This document shows positions 17,409 to 26,424 of a stretch of DNA of 64,000 nt, one piece after another. The notes under the pieces are model-generated. The model was not told the DNA's origin and did not search any database. It saw nothing but the letters and a program-made list of their open reading frames with translations. This DNA is from an uncultured Solirubrobacteraceae bacterium (lineage in GTDB: Bacteria > Actinomycetota > Thermoleophilia > Solirubrobacterales > Solirubrobacteraceae). Every line of letters begins with the position of its first letter. The stretch's first letter is position 1. Location: NCBI GenBank assembly GCA_963710665.1, contig CAVQBC010000005.1:158370-222369 (forward strand), in the 5' to 3' direction. The position numbers and the translations under genes are program-made.

Positions 17409-17845
17409 CAGCCGATCTTCTGTGCCAGCTCGACGATGATCCCCGCCGGGCCGCGCACGTAGCAGAGCCAGTAGCTGTTCTCGTAGTTCTCCAGCTCGCC
17501 GACCAGCTCGCCGCCATGCGCTCGCAGGCCGGCGAGGGATGCCTCGATGTCGTCGACGACGAAGAGGATGTGGCGGATGCCCGGGGCGTTGGCCGGCGCC
17601 GGCCCGTCGTCGCCCTCGTATGAGGGCGAGCGGTACTTGGCCAGCTCGACCTTGCCGTTGCCATCCGGGGTCCGCAGGATCACGACATCCGCCCGGACGC
17701 CCTCGAGCCCGTTTATGCGGTCCACCGAGCCGCCCTCGACGGACGCCTCGCCCTCCAATTCGAGCCCGAGTGCGGCGAAGAACGCGGTCGCCGCCGCGAG
17801 GTCGTCGACGACGATGCCGATGTGCTCCAGGCGCTGGACGGTCAT
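17408..17845 (-). CDS. VOC/glyoxalase family protein
   Basis: From ATG 17845: MTVQRLEHIGIVVDDLAAATAFFAALGLELEG...IRHILFVVDDIEA. Its stop overlaps the start of the downstream remnant (ATGA). Confidence 0.85.
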   Translation of the reverse strand: MTVQRLEHIGIVVDDLAAATAFFAALGLELEGEASVEGGSVDRINGLEGVRADVVILRTPDGNGKVELAKYRSPSYEGDDGPAPANAPGIRHILFVVDDIEASLAGLRAHGGELVGELENYENSYWLCYVRGPAGIIVELAQKIG

Positions 17846-18045
17846 GAACGGCCTCCGGCCAGCTGCTGCGGCGTGTACTCGTCGTGCCTGCGTACCCACG
17901 CGCCGGTCCGATCCTGCGGCTGTTCGGTGATCTCTTGCGGGTCCATGACCTTCCTCTCTTTGGAGTCGGTGGAGCTACGGTGGTGGTCCTCGGGTGCCGC
18001 TGTCCGGGCGGAGGACGCGTAGTGAGACGACCTTCCTACAGCTCG

Positions 18046-18207
18046 GCCGGCCCGAGCGCGGGCGGCCCGGCGGACCAGGTGGTCGCGCTCGGCGACGTTC
18101 GTGCCGCGGCGGGCGGCCTCGGCGTATGCCGTGGCGGCGGCGGGCAGGTCGCGTCGAGCTCGTGCAGGCGCCCGCGCACGGCGCTGGAGCAGCAGATACT
18201 TCGGCAT
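18046..18207 (-). pseudogene. possible C-terminal remnant of an ECF-type sigma factor (DUF6596-like tail)
   Basis: AATAYAEAARRGTNVAERDHLVRRAARA resembles the C-terminal AYxxAxxLTxNxAERxxLxRR tail of that family. No upstream sigma regions are present. Confidence 0.25.
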
Positions 18208-18501
18208 CGTGGTCTCCTGGTGTCGTCGGGCCGCGCCGCTCGCGGCCCTTCACCTGATGAGCGGAGCCGGTTGGCGCTTCTCGACACGCAACTGCTGCCG
18301 ACGCGATCGCGGCCGCGCTGCCGAAGTCCACCGTGCCCGCTGAGAATCACGACGCTCCCGAGTCATCCGCGGTGATGCGGCGTGAGCGCTCGGCGTAACA
18401 CACGCCAGCACACACGCGCCCCGCGCGGTGGCGCCACGCGGTCGTTCACGCCCCTATTCCCACCATCGTGAGGCGCGAGCGCCGCGGACGGTCGGCGTCG
18501 G

Positions 18502-18918
18502 TCATCCGTCCCGCGCTATCTGCGGGCCGACCTCGATGACCTCGGGGGCCGGCTGCAGCGCCCAGTCCGGTGGCTCCACCCCCTGCGAGGCGGCGGCGAT
18601 CCGCGCGAAGAGGCGCTCGAGCCCGCCCGGCGTGCAGACCAGCAGATAGCGCGCGTCGGCGTCGCTGTGGTTGGCGAGCGCGTGGGCGACGTTGCGCGGG
18701 GCGAACGCGAGCTCGCCCGCGCGCCTGGTGAACAGCTCGTCGGCGACCTGGAAGATCAGCTCGCCTTCGAGCATGAAGAACGCCTCGTCGAAGTCGTGCC
18801 TGTGCAGGGGCGGGCCGGCGCTGTGCGCGGCGACCACGTTGTCCATGATCGAGACGTGACCGCCGGACTGCTCGCTGCGCAGCAGGACGTCGGAACGGAG
18901 GTCCGGTGCGGAGGCCAT
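18502..18918 (-). CDS. cupin domain protein
   Basis: 138 aa from ATG 18918 with AAAGGAG upstream. Motifs GPPLHRHDFDEAFFMLEGE and ELAFAPRNVAHALAN. Confidence 0.8.
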   Translation of the reverse strand: MASAPDLRSDVLLRSEQSGGHVSIMDNVVAAHSAGPPLHRHDFDEAFFMLEGELIFQVADELFTRRAGELAFAPRNVAHALANHSDADARYLLVCTPGGLERLFARIAAASQGVEPPDWALQPAPEVIEVGPQIARDG

Positions 18919-18951
18919 CGGCAGGCTCCTTTCGCGGTTCACCCCAGGACA

Positions 18952-18975
18952 ATACATCAAGCGGGTTTGATGTAT
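18952..18975. promoter_or_regulatory. AT-rich perfect palindrome in the cupin / HD-LuxR divergent promoter region
   Basis: ATACATCAA-gcgggt-TTGATGTAT: 9-bp arms with a 6-nt spacer. Confidence 0.4.
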
Positions 18976-19006
18976 AGGCGAGGCGGACGGCGAGTAGTGT
19001 CGCGGC

Positions 19007-20602
19007 GTGTCGGCCGCAGCGTCGCAGCGCGGCGAGCAGGTCCGGAGCGCGGAGCTGGTGGCGGCCCTGTGCCTGGCCACTGACCTCGGCATGGGGTTCC
19101 CGTTCGAGCACGGGCTCCATACGACGCTGATCGCGATGCGGCTCGCCGACCGCCTGGGCCTCGACCGCGCGGGCGCCGCGCAGACCTACTACGCGTCGCT
19201 GCTCTTCCACTCGGGCTGCACCACGGACGCTCACGTCACCCCGCAGCTCTTCGGGGACTCGCTCACGACCCATCTGAACCCCGTCATCTTCGGGTCCGGA
19301 CGCGAGGTCCTGACCGGGATCGTCCGCGCGCTGCCCGATCCCGGGCGCGCCGGGCCGGTGCGGGCGGTCCAGGTGATCCGCCGGCTGCCGGGCGCGGCGC
19401 GTGAGCAGCGACCGCATCTCACCGCCAGCTGCGAGGTGGCAGGGATGCTCGCCGGTGAGCTCGGGCTCGCCGAGCTGGTGGGCGACCACCTCCCCTACCT
19501 GTTCGAGCGCTGGGACGGCCACGGGCCGCTCGGCCGTGCGAAGCACGAGGAGATCCCGCTGCCGCTGCGGATCGTCCACGTCGCCGTGGACGCCGCCCTC
19601 CAGCGTGTGCTCGGCGGCGAGGAGCGCGTCGTGCGCCTGGTCCGCGAGCGCGCCGGGCACGCGTTCGACCCGGAGGTGGCCGGCTGCCTCACCGGCGATC
19701 CGGGACCCATCCTCGCGCTCGGCGCGGAGGGGTCGGTGTGGGAGGAGGCGCTGGCGTGCGAGCCGCGTCCGCCGCTGCTGCTCGGGGGCGACGACGTCGA
19801 CCGGGCGCTCGCCGCGATGGGCAACTTCGCCGACCTGATGTCGCCGTACCTCGCGGGGCACTCGACGGGCGTGGCGGAGCTGGCCGCGGCGGCGGGCAGG
19901 CGGTGCCGGATCGACGAGGCCGGCGTCGTCGCGCTGCGCCGCGCCGCGCACGTCCACGACCTCGGGCGCGTCGCGGTCCACCCGCGGATCTGGGAGAAGC
20001 CCGGGCGGCTGAGCGCGGACGAGCTCGAGCAGGTCCGGCTGCATCCCTACCACTCCGAGCGGGTGCTCGCGCGGTCCGCGTTCCTGGCGGCGCTCGCGCC
20101 GACGGCGGGCACGCACCACGAGCGCCTCGACGGCTCGGGCTACCACCGCGCCGTCGGCGGCGCGGACCTCCCGCTCCCCGCGCGCCTGCTCGCGGCCGCC
20201 GACACATACCACGCGATGACCGAGCCCCGCCCGTACCGGCAGGCGATCCCGCCCGCCCGGGCCGCCCAGGTGCTGGGCGAGCAGGCCGCTGCCGGGCGGC
20301 TCGACGCCGACGCGGTGACCGCCGTCGTCGAGGCGGCGGGCCGGCGGGCGCCGCGGGTCGAGCGCCCGGCGGGCCTGACCGGGCGGGAGGCCGAGGTCGT
20401 CCGCATGCTCGCCCGCGGCCTGCAGACCAAGCAGATCGCCCGCGCGCTCGGGATCTCCGCCAAGACCGCCGATCACCACATCCAGAACGCGTACCGCAAG
20501 CTCGGCGTCTCGACCCGGGCGGGCGCGACGCTGTTCGCGATGGAGCACGGGCTCATGGCCTGGGGAGAACTCCCGATTCCCCGGCCGCCGGACCGGCCGT
20601 AG
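19007..20602 (+). CDS. HD/HD-GYP-type phosphohydrolase domains fused to a LuxR-type HTH
   Basis: HDLGRVAV...HPYHSERVL...HHERLDGSGYH (HD-GYP-like) and C-terminal LTGREAEVVRMLARGLQTKQIARALGISAKTADHHIQNAYRKLGV. Confidence 0.85.
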   Translation: MSAAASQRGEQVRSAELVAALCLATDLGMGFPFEHGLHTTLIAMRLADRLGLDRAGAAQTYYASLLFHSGCTTDAHVTPQLFGDSLTTHLNPVIFGSGREVLTGIVRALPDPGRAGPVRAVQVIRRLPGAAREQRPHLTASCEVAGMLAGELGLAELVGDHLPYLFERWDGHGPLGRAKHEEIPLPLRIVHVAVDAALQRVLGGEERVVRLVRERAGHAFDPEVAGCLTGDPGPILALGAEGSVWEEALACEPRPPLLLGGDDVDRALAAMGNFADLMSPYLAGHSTGVAELAAAAGRRCRIDEAGVVALRRAAHVHDLGRVAVHPRIWEKPGRLSADELEQVRLHPYHSERVLARSAFLAALAPTAGTHHERLDGSGYHRAVGGADLPLPARLLAAADTYHAMTEPRPYRQAIPPARAAQVLGEQAAAGRLDADAVTAVVEAAGRRAPRVERPAGLTGREAEVVRMLARGLQTKQIARALGISAKTADHHIQNAYRKLGVSTRAGATLFAMEHGLMAWGELPIPRPPDRP

Positions 20603-20636
20603 CGTCCTCGAAGGCTCGACCACCAAGGAGGACGGG

Positions 20637-21485
20637 ATGACCACCGAGGCGACGGACAGCGCCCGAAGGGAGCTCTACGAGATCGCGGAGGCGATCGCGC
20701 CGACCTGGGAGCGCCGCCGCGCCGAGGTCGAGGAAGCCTCGGCTTCCGTGCGCGAGTGGATGGTGCGCGAGCTCGCCCCGCGGGCGGGCGACACGGTGCT
20801 CGAGCTCGCCGCCGGCGTCGGGGAGACCGGCTTCGACGCGGCCGACGCGGTCGGCGAGCGGTGCCGCCTCCTCTCCACCGACCTCGCGCCTGCGATGGTC
20901 GAGGCCGCGCGCCGGCGTGGTGCGGAGCGCGGGCTGGGCAACGTGGAGTACCGCGTGATGGACGCCGAGCGGATCGAGCTCGACGCCGACTCGGTCGACG
21001 GCGTGCTGTGCCGGTTCGGCTACATGCTCATGGTCGACCCGGCCGCCGCGTTCGCCGAGACCCGCCGCGTCCTGCGTCCCGGCGGCCGCCTCGCCCTGGC
21101 GGTCTGGGGCGCGATGGAGCGCAACCCGTTCTTCACGGCTGCCGCGATGAGCCTCGTCCAGCACGGCCACCTGCCGCCGCCGGAGCCCCCGGGCCCGCCC
21201 GCCTTCGCCATGGCGAGCGCAGAGCGCACCACGGCGCTGCTCGAGCGCGCCGGGTTCTCGACCGTGCGAACCGAGGAGGTCCCGGTCCGCTTCGAGGCTC
21301 CCGACGCAGACGGGTACGTGAGCCTGGTCGCCGACACGGCCGGGCCGCTCGGCCTGGCGCTCCAGCGGCTCTCACCGCGAGACCGTGAGGTGGTCGCGTC
21401 CGACGCGGCCGCGGGGCTCGCGCGCTTCGCGACCGCGCGCGGCTACGTGGTCCCGGGCGTCGCGCTGTGCGCCGTCGCCGCTTGA
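20637..21485 (+). CDS. class I SAM-dependent methyltransferase
   Basis: Motif I VLELAAGVGETG and post-I/II RVLRPGGRLALAVWG. Confidence 0.85.
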   Translation: MTTEATDSARRELYEIAEAIAPTWERRRAEVEEASASVREWMVRELAPRAGDTVLELAAGVGETGFDAADAVGERCRLLSTDLAPAMVEAARRRGAERGLGNVEYRVMDAERIELDADSVDGVLCRFGYMLMVDPAAAFAETRRVLRPGGRLALAVWGAMERNPFFTAAAMSLVQHGHLPPPEPPGPPAFAMASAERTTALLERAGFSTVRTEEVPVRFEAPDADGYVSLVADTAGPLGLALQRLSPRDREVVASDAAAGLARFATARGYVVPGVALCAVAA

Positions 21486-21550
21486 ATCACGAACGAAGAC
21501 GCCAGACCGCCCGCGCGGGCTTCGGGTAGGGTTCGAAGCTCCCACAGGAG

Positions 21551-21841
21551 GTGGCGATTGTGATCGGAGCGATCCTGCTGGGCTTGGTGGCCGGCTGTAT
21601 CGGGCGGTTCCTGGTGCCGGACATGTGGAGCGAGCTGAGCGGTCCGAAGTCGTGGCTGTTCTCGCTTCTGCTGGGCCTCTCGGGCGCCCTTCTCGGCTAC
21701 CTCATCTTCACCGTCGGGCTAGGGATCGGGGACGCGGCGATCTTCGACTTCGGCGGGATCTTCGGCGCCATCATCGGCGTGATCATCCTGCTGCCGTTCG
21801 TCGGCATCTTCACGCGCTTCGGCCGGCGGCACCGGACCTAG
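21551..21841 (+). CDS. GlsB/YeaQ/YmgE (transglycosylase-associated) family small membrane protein
   Basis: Three glycine-rich TM segments in ~93-96 aa. An in-frame GTG at 21560 is better spaced from the AGGAGG. Confidence 0.8.
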   Translation: MAIVIGAILLGLVAGCIGRFLVPDMWSELSGPKSWLFSLLLGLSGALLGYLIFTVGLGIGDAAIFDFGGIFGAIIGVIILLPFVGIFTRFGRRHRT

Positions 21842-21869
21842 AGAGGCGGTCGACCCAAGGAGCGCGCCG

Positions 21870-22835
21870 ATGGCCGGTTCGGACGCACACCCCGCCGGAG
21901 CCGAGACCGCCGAGGGGCTCACCGATCTCTCCGCCGGCTCGTGGACGGACGCGCTCAAGCGCACCGGCAAGGCGTTCAAGGCGCAGAAGCTCGGCGAGTG
22001 GGCGGCGGCGCTGACGTACTTCGGCATCCTCGCGATCTTCCCCGCGCTGCTGGTGGTGGTCTCGGTCCTCGGCCTGATCGGCCAGTCCGCCACGGACGCG
22101 CTGCTCAACAACCTCGAGGACGTGGCACCGGGGCCGGCGCAGGAGATCGTCTCCAACGCCATCAGGAACCTGCAGGGCGCCGGCAGCGCGTCGGGGATCG
22201 CGTTCGTGATCGGCCTCGTGGGCGCGATCTGGGCATCGTCGGGCTACGTCAACGGCTTCATGAGCGCGTCGAACTCGATCTACGAGGTCGAGGAGGGCCG
22301 CCCGATCACGAAGACGCTCCCGCTGCGCGTCGGGCTCACGCTCGTGCTGATGGTGTTCGCCGCCGTGATCGCGTTCGCGGTGACGCTGACGGGCGGCATC
22401 GCGAAAGAGCTCGGCGGCCTGGTCGGCGTCGGCGACACCGCCGTCGACGTCTGGGGGATCGCGAAGTGGCCGGTGCTCCTGCTGTTCGTGAGCGTCCTCT
22501 TCGCCGTCCTCTACTGGGGCGCCCCGAACGTGAAGCTGCCCTTCCGCATCATCTCGCCCGGCGGCCTGCTGGCGGTGGTGGGGTGGGTCGTCGCGTCGCT
22601 GCTGTTCGCGTTCTACGTCTCGAACTTCAGCTCCTACAACAAGACCTACGGCACGCTGGCCGGGCCGATCGTGTTCCTGCTGTGGCTCTGGATCACGAAC
22701 ATCTTCATCCTGCTCGGGCTCGTCTTCAACCTGGAGATCGAGCGCAGCCGCGCGCTCGCGTCGGGCGAGATCGCCAGCGAGGACGAGGACTTCGTCGAGA
22801 TGCGCGACACCGAGAAGCTCGAGGACGAGGGCTAG
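21870..22835 (+). CDS. YihY/BrkB (virulence factor BrkB) family membrane protein
   Basis: KAFKAQKLGEWAAALTYFGILAIFPALLVV is the family hallmark; six TM segments. Confidence 0.85.
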   Translation: MAGSDAHPAGAETAEGLTDLSAGSWTDALKRTGKAFKAQKLGEWAAALTYFGILAIFPALLVVVSVLGLIGQSATDALLNNLEDVAPGPAQEIVSNAIRNLQGAGSASGIAFVIGLVGAIWASSGYVNGFMSASNSIYEVEEGRPITKTLPLRVGLTLVLMVFAAVIAFAVTLTGGIAKELGGLVGVGDTAVDVWGIAKWPVLLLFVSVLFAVLYWGAPNVKLPFRIISPGGLLAVVGWVVASLLFAFYVSNFSSYNKTYGTLAGPIVFLLWLWITNIFILLGLVFNLEIERSRALASGEIASEDEDFVEMRDTEKLEDEG

Positions 22836-22839
22836 CGGC

Positions 22840-23736
22840 CTACGCCCGCGCGGCGCCCGGCAGGAGGGCGTCGGCGACCGCGACGCCGCGGGGGATCAGG
22901 CCGTGGGCGGCCAGCAGGTCCGCGACGCGCTGCTGCTCGGCCACGAACGCGGCGGAGATCGGCTCGAGCCCGGGCCGGCGGTGCGCCAGGCGGCGGCGCC
23001 AGTGCGCGCCCGGCGTGGCGCCCGGGACGTGCTCGGCGAACAACGCCGCCGCGTCGTCGAGATGCGCGCCGATCCAGGCGTCGGCCTCGCGCAGCGCGGC
23101 CTGGATCACGTCGATCGCGTCCGGCCGGCGCTCCGCGAGGCGGCGCGTCGCGAACCAGACCGCGCGGTGGCCGATCACGCGGCTCGTGCCGCGGAGCACC
23201 TCCGTCGCGCCGGGGCCGACCGCCGGCTCGGCGGCGACCCACGCGTCCACGGCCCCGCGGGCCAGCGCCGCGTACCCCGCCTGCCGGGCGAGGTTCACGC
23301 GCGCGACGTCGCCGATGCGCAGCCCCGAGTCCGCGAGGGCGCCCGCCAGGACGAGCTCGTCCGACGAGCCCTCCGACAGCGCGATCCGGCGCCCGGCGAG
23401 GTCCGTGACCCGGCCGAGGCCGGCGTCCCGGCGCGTGAGGATCGAGGCGCGCTCCTCGCGGGGCGGCGAGTGCGCGACGTAGACGAGATCCGCGCCGGCG
23501 GCCTGCGCGTGGATCGGCGCGAGGACGCCGGCGCCGCCGAAGTCGATCTCGTCGTCGGCCAGCAGCCCGGCGGTCTGGCGGCGGTCGGCGCTCTCCACCC
23601 ACGTCACGCGCAGTCCGACGTTCGCGAGCATGCGGTCGAGCAGGCCTCGCCGGCTGAGCACGAGCAACGCCGTGCTGGACGGGTCGACCGCGATGCGGAG
23701 TCGCGGGTCCGGTGGCATCGCGGGAGCATATAACAA
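22840..23736 (-). CDS. NMT1/SsuA-like substrate-binding protein with no obvious signal peptide
   Basis: Type 2 periplasmic-binding-fold pattern (RIAV...DFGGAG..PI...GRRIALSEGSS...) similar to sulfonate/nitrate-type SBPs. An alternative start is at 23718. Confidence 0.65.
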   Translation of the reverse strand: MLYAPAMPPDPRLRIAVDPSSTALLVLSRRGLLDRMLANVGLRVTWVESADRRQTAGLLADDEIDFGGAGVLAPIHAQAAGADLVYVAHSPPREERASILTRRDAGLGRVTDLAGRRIALSEGSSDELVLAGALADSGLRIGDVARVNLARQAGYAALARGAVDAWVAAEPAVGPGATEVLRGTSRVIGHRAVWFATRRLAERRPDAIDVIQAALREADAWIGAHLDDAAALFAEHVPGATPGAHWRRRLAHRRPGLEPISAAFVAEQQRVADLLAAHGLIPRGVAVADALLPGAARA

Positions 23737-23795
23737 CCCTAAAGTCGCTCGGCTTTACAGGGTTTCGGCGTGGTCGGGCCACTACCATCCACGCG

Positions 23796-25286
23796 GTGAG
23801 CCAGACGACGACGACAGCGCCCGATTTCACCCTCGCCCCCGGGCTGAGCGAGGCGCGCATGCTGATCGGCGGCGAGTGGGTCGACGCCGCCGAAGGCGGC
23901 CGGATCGAGGTCGAGAACCCCTCGCGGCGGACGGTGCTCGCCACGGTGCCCCGCGGCGGCGCGCCCGACGTCGACCGCGCGGTGGCCGCGGCGGCCGGCG
24001 CCTTCGGCGCGTGGCGGGGGCTCCCCGCGCGCGAGCGCGGCACGCTGCTGACCCGGGTCGCGGACGTCCTCGCCGCCCGCGGCGAGGAGCTCGCGCGCAC
24101 GATCGCGGCCGAGACCGGCAACGCGATCCGCACCCAGGCGCGCGGGGAGGCGGCGATGGCCGCCGACGTCCTGCGCTACTTCGGCGGCGTGGCGAGCGAG
24201 CAGAAGGGCGAGGTGCTGCCCATGGGCGACGGGATGCTGAGCTACAGCGTCCGCGAGCCGCTCGGGGTGGTCGCGGGGATCATCCCCTGGAACGCCCCGG
24301 TCCTGCTCGGCTCGCTGAAGATCGCGATGGCCCTGTGCACCGGCAACACGCTCGTGCTCAAGGCCGCCGAGGACGCCCCGCTCGGCGTGCTCACGATGGC
24401 GCAGGCCTGCGACGAGGTCCTGCCCGACGGCGTGCTCAACGTGCTCACGGGAACCGGCGAGGAGTGCGGCGCGCCGCTCCTGAACCACCCTGGCATCGCG
24501 AAGATCTCCTTCACGGGCTCGACCGAGGTGGGGCACATCGCGATGCGGGCGGCGGCCGAGCGGATCCTGCCGGTCTCGCTCGAGCTCGGCGGCAAGGCCC
24601 CGTCGATCGTCTTCCCCGATTCCGGCGACGACACCACCGCCGACGGGGTCATCGCCGCGATGCGCTTCGCGCGCCAGGGCCAGTCGTGCACCGCCGGCTC
24701 GCGCCTCTACGTCCACGAGCGGATCTTCGACGCCTTCCTCGAGCGACTGGCCGGCCGCCTGGGCGAGATGGTGGTGGGCGACGCGCTCGACGAGCGCTCG
24801 GACATGGGCGCGGTCGTCTCCGGCGCCCAGGACACGCGCGTGTGCGGGTTCGTCGAGGAGGCGATGGACCGCGGCGCGCGCGCCGTCATCGGCGGGGCGC
24901 CCGACGACGGGCGGCCGGGCTACCAGCACCGCCCGACGGTGCTGACCGGCATCGACCACGACTGGCGCGTCGCGCGCGAGGAGGTCTTCGGCCCGGTGCT
25001 CGTCGCGTTCCCGTGGTCGGACGAGGACGAGGTGGTGCGCTGGGCGAACGACTCCCACTACGGGCTCGCCGCCTTCGTGTGGTCGCACGACCTCGACGCC
25101 GCGCTGCGCACCGCCCACCGCGTCGAGGCGGGCTGGGTGCAGGTCAACCGCGGCGGCGGCCAGCTGCCGGGGATGAGCTACGGCGGCAAGAAGGAGAGCG
25201 GGCTCGGGGCGGAGTACTCGATCGAGGGCGCGCTGGAGGGCTTCACCCAGCGCAAGAGCATCACGGTCGGGATCGCGCCGGCGTAG
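23796..25286 (+). CDS. NAD(P)-dependent aldehyde dehydrogenase
   Basis: ALDH motifs FTGSTEVG, LELGGKAP and EEVFGPV, with catalytic QSCTAGSR. I prefer GTG 23796, giving 496 aa; the ORF-track ATG 23712 would overlap the divergent gene. Confidence 0.9.
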   Translation: MSQTTTTAPDFTLAPGLSEARMLIGGEWVDAAEGGRIEVENPSRRTVLATVPRGGAPDVDRAVAAAAGAFGAWRGLPARERGTLLTRVADVLAARGEELARTIAAETGNAIRTQARGEAAMAADVLRYFGGVASEQKGEVLPMGDGMLSYSVREPLGVVAGIIPWNAPVLLGSLKIAMALCTGNTLVLKAAEDAPLGVLTMAQACDEVLPDGVLNVLTGTGEECGAPLLNHPGIAKISFTGSTEVGHIAMRAAAERILPVSLELGGKAPSIVFPDSGDDTTADGVIAAMRFARQGQSCTAGSRLYVHERIFDAFLERLAGRLGEMVVGDALDERSDMGAVVSGAQDTRVCGFVEEAMDRGARAVIGGAPDDGRPGYQHRPTVLTGIDHDWRVAREEVFGPVLVAFPWSDEDEVVRWANDSHYGLAAFVWSHDLDAALRTAHRVEAGWVQVNRGGGQLPGMSYGGKKESGLGAEYSIEGALEGFTQRKSITVGIAPA

Positions 25287-26124
25287 CCGGGGCGTTCCGG
25301 ATCACCCGCGGCCGGCCGGCGCCGCCGATCGGCTCCGGCCACAGCGAGTCGCTCAGCAGGCCCGAGACGCCGCGCGCCGTGCGCAGGACGAGCTCGACGA
25401 GCTCGGACTGGCGCTTGCGCAGCTCCGGCGGGCTGACCAGCAGGGTCAGCGAGGCCACGACCTCGTCGGTGGCCCCGAAGACCGGCGCGGCCACCGACGC
25501 CGAGAACAGGCGCACGTCGCGGTCGGTGACCGCGTACCCGCGCGCGCGGACCTCGGCGAAGCGGTCCCGCAGGACGGCGGGGTCGACGATCGTCATCGGC
25601 GTGAGCGCCTCGAGCGGCCGGTCGAGGTAGTCGTCGACGAAGGCGGGATCGGCGTAGGCGAGGAGGACGTGGCCCTTCGACCCGCAGTGCAGCGGGTAGT
25701 TGCAGCCGATCGTCGCCTCCGGAATGTGGTGGCGGGGCGCCTCCGCGACGCTCAGGATCACCGAGCGCCGGTGATCGCGCTTGACCAGCTGCGCGGTGGC
25801 GCGCGACACGGTCGCGGCCGCCTCGAGGTAGGGGTGCGAGACGTGGTGAAGCGGCAGGCGCGCGAGGTAGGACGAGCCGAGCGCGTACGCGCGCACGCCG
25901 ACCGAGTACCGGCGGTCCGCGGCGTCCCGCTCGAGATAGCCGCGCTCCGTCAGGTACGTCAGCAGCCGGTGGGTCGTCGCCCAGGGGAGGCCGAGGTTGC
26001 GCGCGATGTCCGACGCGCGCATCGGGCGGTCCCCGACCTGCTCCAGGACCGCGAAGGCGCGCCCGACGCCCTGGAGGTCCCGGCCCGACCGCGGCTCCGC
26101 CGACGGATGGACATCGTCGGTCAT
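25261..26124 (-). CDS. IclR family transcriptional regulator
   Basis: GVGRAFAVLEQVGDRPMRASDIARNLGLPWATTHRLLTYLTERGYLERD plus an IclR effector domain. Confidence 0.9.
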   Translation of the reverse strand: MTDDVHPSAEPRSGRDLQGVGRAFAVLEQVGDRPMRASDIARNLGLPWATTHRLLTYLTERGYLERDAADRRYSVGVRAYALGSSYLARLPLHHVSHPYLEAAATVSRATAQLVKRDHRRSVILSVAEAPRHHIPEATIGCNYPLHCGSKGHVLLAYADPAFVDDYLDRPLEALTPMTIVDPAVLRDRFAEVRARGYAVTDRDVRLFSASVAAPVFGATDEVVASLTLLVSPPELRKRQSELVELVLRTARGVSGLLSDSLWPEPIGGAGRPRVIRNAPATPARSRP

Positions 26125-26135
26125 CGGCGCACTCT

Positions 26136-26154
26136 ATATCCGCCAGGCGGATAT
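26136..26154. promoter_or_regulatory. perfect 19-bp palindrome 12 nt upstream of the IclR start codon
   Basis: ATATCCGCC-a-GGCGGATAT, with AT-rich ends in a GC-rich context. Confidence 0.4.
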
Positions 26155-26253
26155 CTGGGTTGACGATCGGGGGTGCCCCCTATCGAATCGGCCTCCGGTC
26201 CGGTCGGCCGGCCACCCCGTTGTGCCCGCTTGCATGCCCAGGCTCCATTTCTT

Positions 26254-26278
26254 GTTCCGCCAGCGAACACGCTATTCG
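26254..26278. promoter_or_regulatory. operator-like motif, site A (IclR / ABC-hyu operon intergenic region)
   Basis: GTTCC-GCCAG-CGAAC-ACGCT-ATTCG, followed by ACAAGCGG. One of four related sites. Confidence 0.6.
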
Positions 26279-26424
26279 ACAAGCGGTACAAGCCGTGCCA
26301 CCGTGAGCTGTGACGACGGGCCATTGGCGACGGAGGAGGCGGCCGACAAGCTGCCGCTCGAGATCGGCAACGGACCTGAGGTGATCGAGGCCCATCGCCG
26401 GCATGTTTGAGGAGAGGAGTCCAC

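Noticed and set aside
15283-18468. Intact prophage or integrative element at tRNA-Tyr
   Set aside because: No integrase, excisionase, transposase or phage genes are present on either strand. Only gene remnants and one short repeat are there, so at most this is an ancient scar.
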